From: Naegleria gruberi
Lineage: Eukaryota
Strand: one strand, 5' to 3'
DNA: 64,000 nt
Assembly (NCBI GenBank): GCA_000004985.1
Contig: GG738927.1
Below the pieces are notes generated by a model. The model did not search any database. It had not been told where the DNA came from and saw only the letters and a list, made by a program, of their open reading frames with translations. How positions within the stretch are numbered: position 1 is the stretch's first letter; every line of letters begins with the position of its first letter. Both the position numbers and the translations under genes were made by a program. This document shows positions 1 through 10,230 of this stretch, in pieces.

Positions 1-1
1 T

Positions 2-411
2 GAATATGAATTATTATTAAAATCATATCCACAACAACATTATCATAATGCACCTTATCAATTATCAATTATACCACAATATTTAAATGGTAAATTTCAA
101 GATTCACCTTCAGATTCAATTATTACAAATATTAAAATACAAAATAATGATTTAATTATTTTAGCAACTGATGGTTTATTTGATAATTTATATGATCAAG
201 ATATTATTGATTTTATTAATCAAAATTTTAATTCAATGAATGAATTTCAATTAGCTAAAAATTTAGTTTTAAAAGCAAGAAATATTGCATTTGGTTTTGA
301 AAATAAAAATTCAACTCCATTTCAAGATCAATCTGAAAAGAATGGTTTTTATTATTTAGGTGGTAAACCTGATGATATTACTGTTGTCATTTCAAGAGTT
401 AAAGAAATTTA
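2..411 (+). CDS. 3' end of a gene (partial, runs off window start). C-terminal part of a PP2C-type Ser/Thr phosphatase, PTC7/PPTC7-like.
   Basis: Frame starting at nt 2 translates to ...IILATDGLFDNLYDQDIIDFIN...GFYYLGGKPDDITVVISRVKEI*. The 'TDGLFDN' and 'GGKPDDITV' motifs are characteristic of the PPTC7/PTC7 C-terminus. Stop is near 409-411. Confidence 0.55.
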
Positions 412-627
412 ATTTTTTTATTAATAAATTATTTTTAATTATTTTACATTTTTAATTTATTTTAATATTAAATATTGTAATAATAACATTGTTCTAAATT
501 GTTATTATTCTAATGATGGAACATTCAAACAAGCACACCTCCGAATTGGAAGAAGGAATAATTAAATGGGAATTCTATTTACATTCCATTTCATCTTTGC
601 CTTCTAAATAGTTCCAAATTCATTCAA

Positions 628-2214
628 ATGGATGTGTCAATAAAACAAAATAATCAAAAAAAAAATACATTCACATATTTACCTACCACACTCATTTTCA
701 ACATGAATAATAGTCAATATAATCCACAACCAAGACCATACGTTCATCCAACAACAACACCTAATATCAATAATAATGGTAACATGATGATGAGCAGCAA
801 TAATAATTATAGACCAATTACTCCAGTATCTAATAATTCCAATAACAATAATAATAATAATAATAGAAAGCCTTTGAATAATACAAATACCAATAATAAT
901 AATAATCAATTAAATGGTTATACTACAACTTATTATCCACAACAACAACCAATATTGAATAGTACACAACCACCACCACCTAATAGTCAAGTTATCTATG
1001 TACCACAAAATAGTTTTATTCAACCACAACCAATTCCAACTATTATTCAACAACAACAACAACCATCATCATTATTTACTCAACAACAACAACCATTAAA
1101 TCAACATCATCAATCAAATAATAATAATAATAATAATCAACAACAACAACAACAATATAATCATATTATTACAAATGAAAGTATTCAATTACTTGTACAA
1201 ACAGTTCAACAACAATTAGATCAAACTAAAGAATGGAAATTATCAATTGATGAACAAATTCAATATATGGATATGAAATTAACAAGTATTTTAGAATTTG
1301 TTAAAAAACAAAATACAAATAATTTACAATCATTAAAAGATTTGGAAAATTATGAAAAATTAAAAAATAAGATTAATCAACCAATTACAAATAATTTAAA
1401 TAATACTGTTAATAATTTAAATAATTTAAATAATCAAATTAATAATAATCAATCAATTCAACAACAACAACAACAACAATTAAATAATAATAATAATAAT
1501 AATACTATTTCATATCCATCATCTAATTTATCTACTAGTCAATATCTTTCAAATAATATTGTTAATACTAATAATAGTAATAATACCAATAATAATAGTT
1601 CATACTCTTATAATACTACTAGTAATAATAATACCAGTAATAGTAATAATAATATTCCAACATTTACTCCACCAGTAGTAACAAAACCACCAACAACAAC
1701 AAACACTCAATTACCAACTTATACACAACTTTCAAATCAATTTATTAATAATACTATTACTACTAGTCAACCAATTGTTACAACAACAATACCATCTAAT
1801 AATGCTATTAAATATCAACAACAACAACCAACAACAATAACAACACTTTCAGATGATTTTGAATTAGAAGAATTATCTAAAGAATTAAATAATACTAATT
1901 TAAACAATAATATTAAATCAAATAATAATAATAATACTACTATTACTCAACAACCAACAAGTAATGTTATTACAACACCATCATATCCATCTTTTGTAAA
2001 TAATTCTCAATATATTCCACAACAACAACAACAACAACAAACAATGCAACAACAACAACATTCTGAAAATAATATTGATTTTGAAGAATTAGAAAAGAGT
2101 GTTGGTTTTATGGTTGATATTGGTTTCCAAGAAGATTCTGCTAGAAATGCATTAATTCAATATAATGGTGATAGAACTAGAGCAATTAATTATTTAATTT
2201 CAAATAATAAATAA
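628..2214 (+). CDS. Low-complexity Q/N-rich protein with a C-terminal UBA domain
   Basis: 528-aa ORF with a true ATG at 628. Long poly-N, poly-Q and T-rich tracts. C-terminal EELEKSVGFMVDIGFQEDSARNALIQYNGDRTRAINYLISNN is a canonical UBA fold signature. Confidence 0.55.
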   Translation: MDVSIKQNNQKKNTFTYLPTTLIFNMNNSQYNPQPRPYVHPTTTPNINNNGNMMMSSNNNYRPITPVSNNSNNNNNNNNRKPLNNTNTNNNNNQLNGYTTTYYPQQQPILNSTQPPPPNSQVIYVPQNSFIQPQPIPTIIQQQQQPSSLFTQQQQPLNQHHQSNNNNNNNQQQQQQYNHIITNESIQLLVQTVQQQLDQTKEWKLSIDEQIQYMDMKLTSILEFVKKQNTNNLQSLKDLENYEKLKNKINQPITNNLNNTVNNLNNLNNQINNNQSIQQQQQQQLNNNNNNNTISYPSSNLSTSQYLSNNIVNTNNSNNTNNNSSYSYNTTSNNNTSNSNNNIPTFTPPVVTKPPTTTNTQLPTYTQLSNQFINNTITTSQPIVTTTIPSNNAIKYQQQQPTTITTLSDDFELEELSKELNNTNLNNNIKSNNNNNTTITQQPTSNVITTPSYPSFVNNSQYIPQQQQQQQTMQQQQHSENNIDFEELEKSVGFMVDIGFQEDSARNALIQYNGDRTRAINYLISNNK

Positions 2215-2773
2215 GATAATTATTTGTAATAAATATAGATGTCTTACTTAATAAACATGTTTCATAATTCAGACAATATTCTCCAACACTTTACCATTCA
2301 ATTATTTTGTTGGAGTTTTTTTAGTAATCTTGCACCTTTTAATGATGATGTTCTTTTTCAAATCTTGAAAATTGTTTCACTGATTGATCAAGATTGAACC
2401 ATATTATCAATAAAAACTTTGTGGTTATTTACATGGATATGAAATTTTGATTCTTAATGCTTAACCAAAAGAAATGCAATGTCAATCTTGTATCATTAAG
2501 AGAACAAGGGCTGTCTAAGTTAGTTCAATAAAATTGTAAACTGCCGTGTTAGGGAGTTAAGAAAAATTTCAAAGTCGAGCAGAGAGGCATTAATTTTTAG
2601 TCCACTGGCAGATTTCAACTGAATAACATAAGATCTACCTCTATGGAAGCAACTGAACAACATAAGGGTAGTTGGCTAGAAAATTAATACAACAACCCAG
2701 CATCAGATGGAATTTTCATGAGGGTGGAATCTTCTTCTAAATCTGCCCACCATAGTCTAATGTCACTAAGAGA

Positions 2774-3700
2774 ATGTGTGGAAAGTTCTGTCAGATGTTG
2801 AAACAATTATTAATTAAAAAAAATAGAACAATTTGTCAAATGTGTTTAATAGATAATGAATTGATGTGTTCCGATACACTACTTTACACTTTTTTATTCC
2901 TCGACATTATAACCATCAATAATTCGTGCTTTCTCGTATCAAAACAATTCCATAGAATTGCCAAAAGTAATTTGATATGGCAAATCATTTATGATGAGTG
3001 GATGCTAGGTCATGAGAATGATTTTTGGTGGAAATTTGATCACAATGAATTTATTAATTCTTTTAAATTAAATAATGATCAGGAAGAACGATATCAAGAT
3101 GATGATCAAGATGATGATGATGATTTTTATTGGTTTCGTAAATGTATTGAATTATTAGAATGTTTACCAAGGCAAATAGGTTTAATGAGATATTCAAAAT
3201 TCAGGTATGAGTTGAATAATCGTGATGCAAAAGCTAAACCTCACTTGAAATTGGCCACAATATTAACAATCATATATGGGGGCTGTAATATTTCCTATTT
3301 CAGTACCAATGTTGCGATTGGATTGAGAAATTATTGTGAAGAAATTTATTGTCCTATTGTAACATTTTGCATCATGATTTTGAATGAATCATATTTGAAT
3401 TGCTTGGAATATGTCAATCGACATAAAAAGAATACTAATTTGTGTGTAGCTGCATATTTTAGTGTAGATTTTAAAGATTGCTGTCATTTCAAACTTATGG
3501 ATACATATGGCCATTATGATCCATTAAATGGAAAGCTAACCTTTTCAAATGAATCAGATGAATATGATGGATTTTCATGGTGGTGTCCTAATTTCTACCC
3601 TACAGGTGAATATTGTTACCTTAGCAAGGTTGTGGCATCGAGCATTGGACCTAGTACTATCAAGGTCAAGCAAATATATTCCTCAAAACAACTTGTTTGA
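2774..3700 (+). CDS. Hypothetical protein, possibly F-box-like, in a GC-richer block. Exon structure is uncertain.
   Basis: 308-aa ORF with ATG at 2774. N-terminal LLYTFLFLDIITINNSCFLVSKQFHRIAKSNLIWQ resembles an F-box. No N/Q bias. Composition is atypical compared with neighbouring genes. Confidence 0.3.
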   Translation: MCGKFCQMLKQLLIKKNRTICQMCLIDNELMCSDTLLYTFLFLDIITINNSCFLVSKQFHRIAKSNLIWQIIYDEWMLGHENDFWWKFDHNEFINSFKLNNDQEERYQDDDQDDDDDFYWFRKCIELLECLPRQIGLMRYSKFRYELNNRDAKAKPHLKLATILTIIYGGCNISYFSTNVAIGLRNYCEEIYCPIVTFCIMILNESYLNCLEYVNRHKKNTNLCVAAYFSVDFKDCCHFKLMDTYGHYDPLNGKLTFSNESDEYDGFSWWCPNFYPTGEYCYLSKVVASSIGPSTIKVKQIYSSKQLV

Positions 3701-3747
3701 ATAGTAGGGAATAATTATTGGCATTTAACATGAATATTCCCTACTAT
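3701..3747. repeat. 13-bp perfect inverted repeat (hairpin) with a 21-nt spacer, immediately 3' of the 2774..3700 ORF stop
   Basis: atagtagggaata (3701-3713) is the exact reverse complement of tattccctactat (3735-3747). Confidence 0.6.
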
Positions 3748-4901
3748 ATTCAATGCCCAATTGATCAAAAGTAATTCTATCTTGTGTTGTGATCAACTTT
3801 CTTCAGTTAATTAAATGAATGGCTACATAGCATGCCCACAAATACTCACAACCAATCGTAAAAATTAAAAATAAACTCCAAATTGTAATCATTGGAGATG
3901 GTTTTCGCTTTGAACTCAGGTATCTTGCTATGAAACCAAAACGCTTTCCGTAAATATATAAAAACATTCACTAATTTATTTTCCTTTCATCCATTTTAGC
4001 TGTTTACTACAACCAATACTTGTTTGATAGATATTGTAACATACTTATGTTTACATACTATTCGCTTTGTGATGGAACCACTTCAATCTACAAAACGATC
4101 CAGAAACGGTGTTGACAATGGTTATAGATCAGAAATGAATATATTCACAAACGCATCCCATATGTTGAAACTCTCGGAATTACAATATTGTAGAGATGTG
4201 ATAGTTGTAGAACATGAGGACCTCTGCAACGAATGAAATATTACTTTTGTGGGCAAGTAGCGTATGTGCCTATAAAATATTGAAAATTGGTTAATGTTAA
4301 CAATAACATCAATAATCATTGTACTTCTCAAATTATTAGAAATTGAGATCATACAACTTCCCAAAATCTGTTATTACATTTATGTTTATCACATTATCCT
4401 TGCTTTACTGTGTTGATAACTTTGGTATAATTGTTTGCTTTCTATTTCTAGGTTTGCAAACTAACAATTGCTCGGCACATATCTGTTCTTCATACCGCTT
4501 TGTGTATTTTAGCCACATTACATATTTAGATTACTCCTTACTTCGGGTAGCATAGTGTAAGTACACATGTACCACATTCGCAAGTTGCTACCGAAATTCG
4601 TTCATTTCAATGGACAGTTCCACGAACCGCTAAGTTTCTGATCAAACTACTGCTTTGATTGAAGGAAATCTTTTCAGCTAGCTCATTTACGTTTGAGTTT
4701 TTTTGTTATTGTCATCAAAATTAATGATGATTCTGTTCATTTCTTTTCAAGTAAGAATCAGAGAAGGTTGGAAGTCAAATGAATGATGTTATTGTTGCTA
4801 GAGGATTGTTATCTGGTGTACATTTGCTTTGAATCGTTCCTGTTGTCAACAACCAGCATTCATCAAGTCAAATTTCTCAATGTTTAATTAAAAATATTTA
4901 T

Positions 4902-7109
4902 TTATAAATAATCATTTGCAGATCTGATATCAGCATATTGTTCCATATAATTCATTAATCTTGATAAAAATTGATTTGTTTTTAAAGTGTTTGAATCACC
5001 AATTAAACAAACATGTCTTTTAGCACGTGTGATGGCAACATTTAATCTTCTTTCTTCACTTAAAAAACCAACATCACCATTCTTATTAGATCTAACTGTA
5101 CAAATAATAATTGCTTCCTTTTCTCTACCTTGAAATCCATCTACAGTTGATATTTCTACAAATGGAAATTCATCACTCAATTTACTTCTAAGTGCTTGTA
5201 CTTGTGCACTGTATGGTGTTATAATACCAATATATTGTTCTGATATTTTACATTCATTCACTAATTTTCTTAAATAAATTTCAACTAGATTTACTTCATA
5301 ATGATTCACTTTACTTTTAGAGGTATGTAATTCAGTTGATTCTTCCAAATCATCAAGTGTTACTTCTTCCATTTCACAATTAGCTGTATCTATCATAAAT
5401 AATGGTGTTTCTAATTCTAATTCATCTATTATTAAATTATTTAAATTATTTGAAGAAGAATTAATTAATTTTGAATTATTTAAATTATTTAAATTAGTAT
5501 TAGTATTATAATTTAAATTATTTAAATTATTTAAATTATTATCATTTAATAAATCAGATAATAAATGATATTGTACAGATTCATGTGCTTGTAATTTAGA
5601 TTGATAAAATTCATTTGATGACCAATTCATAATTTCCTCATTCATTCTATATTGTACATTTAATAAACAAGTAATATGTGATTTAAATTTAAAATACATT
5701 CTTTCAAATAATGAAATTTCAAAACCTTCTTTTTGTGCTTGATTAGATAATACAGTTGGTGGTAATTGATAATGATCACCTGCTAATACACATTTTTTAC
5801 CTTTCAATAATGCAATCCAACATGCAATTTCAATTGATTGTGCAGCTTCATCTATTATAATCATATCAAATATTTTATCACGTAAATAATAATCATCTGC
5901 ACCTGTTAATGTACATAGAACAACATCTGAATATCTAATAACATCATGTATAGCTTGTTTTTCTTTTTGTTTTAATTCCTTTTCTAATATTCTTAATTCT
6001 TCTCTATATTGTCTTCTTTCTAATCCTCTTGTTTTACTTATTAATTTAGATATTCTAATTATATCTTTTCTAATATCTGCAATTACTTTAACTCCTTCAC
6101 CTACTGATATATTATAATCAATTGAATGTTTTAATATAGATTCCATCATTCTGGCTGGATGTCCTACTCTACATATTTTAATCTTTCTAGTTGAATAGGT
6201 ATTAGTATTTTCATCTGATAATTTTTCAACTATATTATCTACCTATTAAATTTAAATTTAAAAATTAAAATTAAAAATTATATTAAAATATTAAAAATAA
6301 ATTAAAATTATATTAAATTAAAATTAAATTAAAAATATTATAATTATATTACATACAGCAATGTTAGAAGGAGCACAAACTAGTAATTTCATTTTTTTTA
6401 AAATAACAGATTGTCTAATTAATTCAACAATTGTAGTAGTTTTACCAGTACCAGGTGGACCTAATATTAAAGACATGTCATTGGATTTTAATGATTTTTT
6501 AATAGCTTGTTTTTGTGAATCATTTAATCTTGTACTAAAAAAATTCATTTCATCCACTTGATTATCTTGTTCATTCATTGATGGTAAATAATTTAATGAA
6601 TCATTTGAATCACTATTTACATTTGAATCATTAGAATTATTATAATTAATATAATGATTAAAACATAAATTAACAATATTAATAGCAGGTGATTTATCAT
6701 ATTGTTCTAAATGTTTTAATGCAATATTTAATCTTTTAAATGTAACTTCATCTAATATTTTAGTAATTACTAATTTACTAGATTCATACCATTCATCTAA
6801 AAATTCATCCATTGTAACTATAATATATTTATCTGTTACACTCACTGATATTACTCCTCTAATTATATTTTTATCATTATTACTAGAATTAGAAGATGAA
6901 TTATTATTATTATTATTAGAATTATCTAAATCTTTTAAAGTAATTGATTCACCTACTTTAAATTCAGGACCAATTTTAGATTTAAATAATAATTTAACAT
7001 TACATCTACCATTACATCCCATTGTATATTCTTCTACTTGTACATATCTATAATTTTTACTATTTTTAGATGCTTCTTCTGATTCTGCTTCTTTTTCTAA
7101 TTCTAACAT
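4902..7109 (-). CDS. Superfamily-1 (Upf1-like) helicase, IGHMBP2/Smubp-2 homolog. Two exons: about 7109..6357 and 6242..4902. Intron about 6243..6356.
   Basis: Exon 1 carries the Walker A motif LILGPPGTGKTTTIVELI and ends ...CAPSNIA. The intron is flanked by GTATGT...TTAATAG. Exon 2 begins VDNIVEKL...RVGHPARMMESI and carries ADIRKDI, MIIIDEAAQ, KCVLAGDHYQLPPTV, VQYRMNEEIMNW, and VDGFQGREKEAIIICTVRSNKNGDVGFLSEERRLNVAITRAKRHV. Motif order and wording match human IGHMBP2. Confidence 0.85.
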
Positions 7110-7242
7110 TTTATTACTATAATATATATAATCTAATAAAGATGAACTATTGAAAATGTTATTATTATTATTATTATTTAATAAATATTATTTTAATTAT
7201 TATTTAATAAACATTCCGATCATGATCATGTTTAAATACATA

Positions 7243-7497
7243 CTATGGTTTTTCATTGATTTTCCTTTCATATCTAGCTGTTGTTGTATTGGAAGAAGAT
7301 GCTGATGATGATGGTTTACTATTACCACTATTACTACTATTAGATTGACTCTTTTTAGTTGTTGTTGTTGTTGTTGTTGTAGTAGATGATTTTAAAGTTG
7401 ATTTTGAAGATGATGATTTATCACCACCAGAAGTCTTTTTAGTATTTTTAGTCATTTTTTTGATTGTTGAAAATTTATGAGAACATTCAAATACCAA
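7243..7497 (-). CDS. Small Ser/Thr-rich basic ORF upstream of the helicase gene. It may be a small gene or non-coding.
   Basis: 84-aa ORF; an internal ATG gives MTKNTKKTSGG.... Low complexity, with no recognisable domain. Confidence 0.2.
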   Translation of the reverse strand: MVFECSHKFSTIKKMTKNTKKTSGGDKSSSSKSTLKSSTTTTTTTTTKKSQSNSSNSGNSKPSSSASSSNTTTARYERKINEKP

Positions 7498-7559
7498 CTT
7501 GCATTCAATGAACCAGTGAGTTGTGATTTATTTCAATTTTGAATTCCACCAATCATTAA

Positions 7560-8290
7560 TAGAAAATTATTACTCAAAGAGTTTATGAACTTGAGGTGGA
7601 TTTGAGTTGCTTGTTGAAGGGAGGTCTATAATCCTCTAAAAATGTCAAGCTCTTCTGAGAATGCTTTTTGACTTGTCGGTCCAAAGTTTGGTAGCAAATT
7701 CCGTGATTTATCATTAACTTTTTCATCATTATTTACTTGTTCACTACCAGTTTTTGAAATGATCAGCACACATTGTACCAATATTAAATCCCTCAAAATT
7801 GAAAAAATTGAAGCACCTTCTTCCGGACGTCCAGCAATGGCTGCTAATTTATTGAAGGTTTTGGAGCTCAAATATTCAAGAACTTATTGTTCATGGAGGA
7901 TTTCCTCATTCTGATTTTCCTGCAATTTCAAAAGTAATTGGTAAAACTTTAAAGTCACTCTATATTGAAGAAAAGGAAGAAACAGAAGGTCACTCAACTC
8001 ACTGTCCACAAGATAGAGATGGAACATTCGTATTTGGGTGGTGTAAAAGTTGACAAGAGAAAGGCTTTCTTCATACTTTAAGAATAGTTCCAAGTTAAAG
8101 TCAATAGTATTTGATCAATGTCATTTGAACATTGAGGCTATCATTGACTTTTTAATTACCACGTCTGAAGTAGTTGATAATGAACAACATTTAGAATTCC
8201 TTTGTTGCTCTGTCCTTGATTCTTTAAATGAGTGTACAAATGATACAGGATTGTCAAACTATCTCTCCTTTTCATTAAAGTATCCAAATT
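7560..8290 (+). pseudogene. Candidate frame-shifted remnant of an LRR (F-box/LRR-like) gene immediately upstream of tRNA-Asp
   Basis: Three plus-strand frames each carry LRR-like segments: (i) MISTHCTNIKSLKIEKIEAPSSGRPAMAANLLKVLELKYS, (ii) QELIVHGGFPHSDFPAISKVIGKTLKSLYIEEKEETEG, (iii) LKSIVFDQCHLNIEAIIDFLITTSEVVDNEQHLEFLCCSVLDSLNEC. The segments are separated by stops or frameshifts. There is no N/Q bias and the GC content is higher than in neighbouring genes. Confidence 0.25.
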
Positions 8291-8310
8291 AAAAATTATA
8301 ATATGTGAAA

Positions 8311-8382
8311 TCGGGTGTGGTATAGTGGTAGCATTCCAGACTGTCACTCTGGCGACCCGGGTTCAATTCCCGGCACTCGAGA
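8311..8382 (+). tRNA. tRNA-Asp (anticodon GUC)
   Basis: tcgggtgtggtatagtggtagcattccagactgtcactctggcgacccgggttcaattcccggcactcga. The 7-bp acceptor stem pairs TCGGGTG with CACTCGA. The anticodon loop CTGTCAC gives anticodon GTC. The T-arm is CCGGGTTCAATTCCCGG. The sequence resembles eukaryotic tRNA-Asp. Confidence 0.9.
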
Positions 8383-8730
8383 TTGTTTTTTAACCTTATT
8401 TCTAACATTTGAGTTTTAATTTTGTTGTCATATGAAGAAATATGTGTTGTGTATCTATCTGTAAAATTTCAAAGTCTCATCTCTTAAAACAATCAAGAAA
8501 ATAATCACAGATTAAACTCTTTCAGTTTTGCGGAAAAATTCGAAGCTCAAATAGCTTGTCTTCGAACCTTGTTCCTCTTCTAATGCTCTCCAAATTGGCC
8601 AAGTTGTGTTTTTAAAAACAAGGCCTAATACTTTTTGAAATCTTCTCCAACCATTACTTTCTATCTATTTTCTTCAGATGTATATTACCATACACAAAAA
8701 CTATTCTAGAAATCTATTTGCAAAATTATC

Positions 8731-8802
8731 CTCCCATGCCGGGAATTGAACCCGGACCTCCTGGGTGAAAGCCAGGTATCCTAGCCATTGGACTACACGG
8801 GA
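8731..8802 (-). tRNA. tRNA-Glu (anticodon UUC)
   Basis: The reverse complement reads TCCCGTGTAGTCCAATGGCTAGGATACCTGGCTTTCACCCAGGAGGTCCGGGTTCAATTCCCGGCATGGGAG. The anticodon loop CTTTCAC gives TTC. It has the classic tRNA-Glu D and T arms. It is convergent with tRNA-Asp, about 350 bp away. Confidence 0.9.
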
Positions 8803-9014
8803 ATCTTATTTATCTAGAAAAAAATCCTTTCCTAAAACTGGAATCTTTCTGTAATTGCATAATTTCTTTCTAAATAAACATCGTTAAATAACCGTGTTCC
8901 AATCTTGACTTGCTCTCTCTTTTTACTTCTGTTTTAGTTGTAGAAATTTCAAAAAGTGTGTTTCTCTTTTTTATTTACAATATTTTCGCAAAAGTAAGGG
9001 AATTTACAGGGTGG

Positions 9015-10116
9015 TTAATCAAGGTTTGGAATAATTTGTTCTTGCTTAAGTGCAATCAACAAGACAGCAGCTCCATAAATTTCCTTCTCGCGAGGATTTT
9101 CAATTGATTGTGCTTTTTTGCTAATCTCTGACAGATCACATTTTGACTTCTTTTTCAAATCTCGATTTTTGTATTCTTCATCTGAACCCATTTCAGTACT
9201 TGAATTATCATCTTCAGAGGATTGTTCTTCATACATGTCTTTATAAAAAACAAAATCAGAATTGTCATTTTGATGATTAGATTGTTTGTAATCTGGAACA
9301 GAAGAAAGAAAACCTGTATGTGCTGTTTTGAGCTTTTTGCTTCCTCGTTCTATTGTGAGATGGTTTGTTGCTGATTTGCTATGATTTTCTGTTGTCATAT
9401 TCGATGTACTATCTTCATTGTGAATGGAATTACGACGTTTGGTTGATGTGACAGATTGTCTTCTTGTCTTGTATGGTTTAGAATCCATAGTTTGTTCATC
9501 ACTGGATTCTTCATCTTCAGAAGAAGAAGTTGATGCTGACTTTCTCTTACTACCAGAAGAAGAACTACTTGGAATAGGTGTAGAACCTTTACTGTGAGGT
9601 GGATATGGCCACTTATCACAACCGAGCTCATGTCTCATTTCATAAAATCTTGATAAAAGTTTAAATATAATTATTATTATCATTATTATCAACAAGTTAG
9701 AAATGTGTGTGAATAAAACAAGGATTAACATACCTTCTCTTGAGTGTACTGAGTGAAACATTTAGTTTCTTTGCTGCATCCTTTTGGTTAAGATGAAGAC
9801 ACGACCTCATAGCATGAACGTCTATGGACATGAAGGTTTTTCTGTGTTTGGTCTCAGAGTGTGATTTTCTCTTCTTTTTACCTCTTTTTGAACCATTTTC
9901 ATCATCATCGTCTTCATCATCATAATCTTCCTCCTGGGAATTGTCTTCTGTGAGTGAAGTATTGTCTTCATCTTTCATGGTGGAATAGGAACCATCTTCA
10001 CCCAGCAGTGGTGGTGATAATTGTTGTTCAGTATTACTACTACTGGTACTTGTGTTGGTGCTTTCTTCAGGAATATCCTCTGATTTCACTAATGATTGTT
10101 CAACTGAGCGAGACAT
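9015..10116 (-). CDS. Acidic, Ser-rich nuclear protein with an RWP-RK-like domain. Two exons: about 10116..9734 and 9648..9015.
   Basis: Exon 1 ends ...DAAKKLNVSLSTLKR and is followed by GTATGT. The acceptor is ...TATCAAG. Exon 2 continues RFYEMRHELGCDKWPYPPHSK. Together these resemble the RWP-RK core (AAxxLGVxxTTLKRxCRxxGIxRWPxRK). The rest of the protein is acidic and S-rich. The domain assignment is tentative. Confidence 0.45.
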
Positions 10117-10159
10117 TTGAATATATTTTAGATGGTAATAATATCAATTGATTGTGTGA

Positions 10160-10230
10160 GTAGTGGTGGTGGTATTGGTATTGGTATTGGTGGTATTGGA
10201 TGGTTATGGTGTTGGTATTGGATTGGCTAT
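10160..10230. repeat. Imperfect (TGGTAT)n / GGT-rich microsatellite
   Basis: gtggtggtggtattggtattggtattggtggtattggatggttatggtgttggtattggattgg. Confidence 0.6.

Noticed and set aside
8383-9014. Search for TRE/DIRS/DGLT-type retrotransposon or Tdd transposon remnants next to the tRNA-Asp/Glu pair and tRNA-Gly
   Set aside because: No reverse-transcriptase, integrase, RNase H or ORF1-like peptide is visible in any frame within about 1.5 kb of the tRNAs. No poly(A) tails or target duplications are seen either. Only the LRR-like remnant upstream of tRNA-Asp is noted, and it is listed separately.
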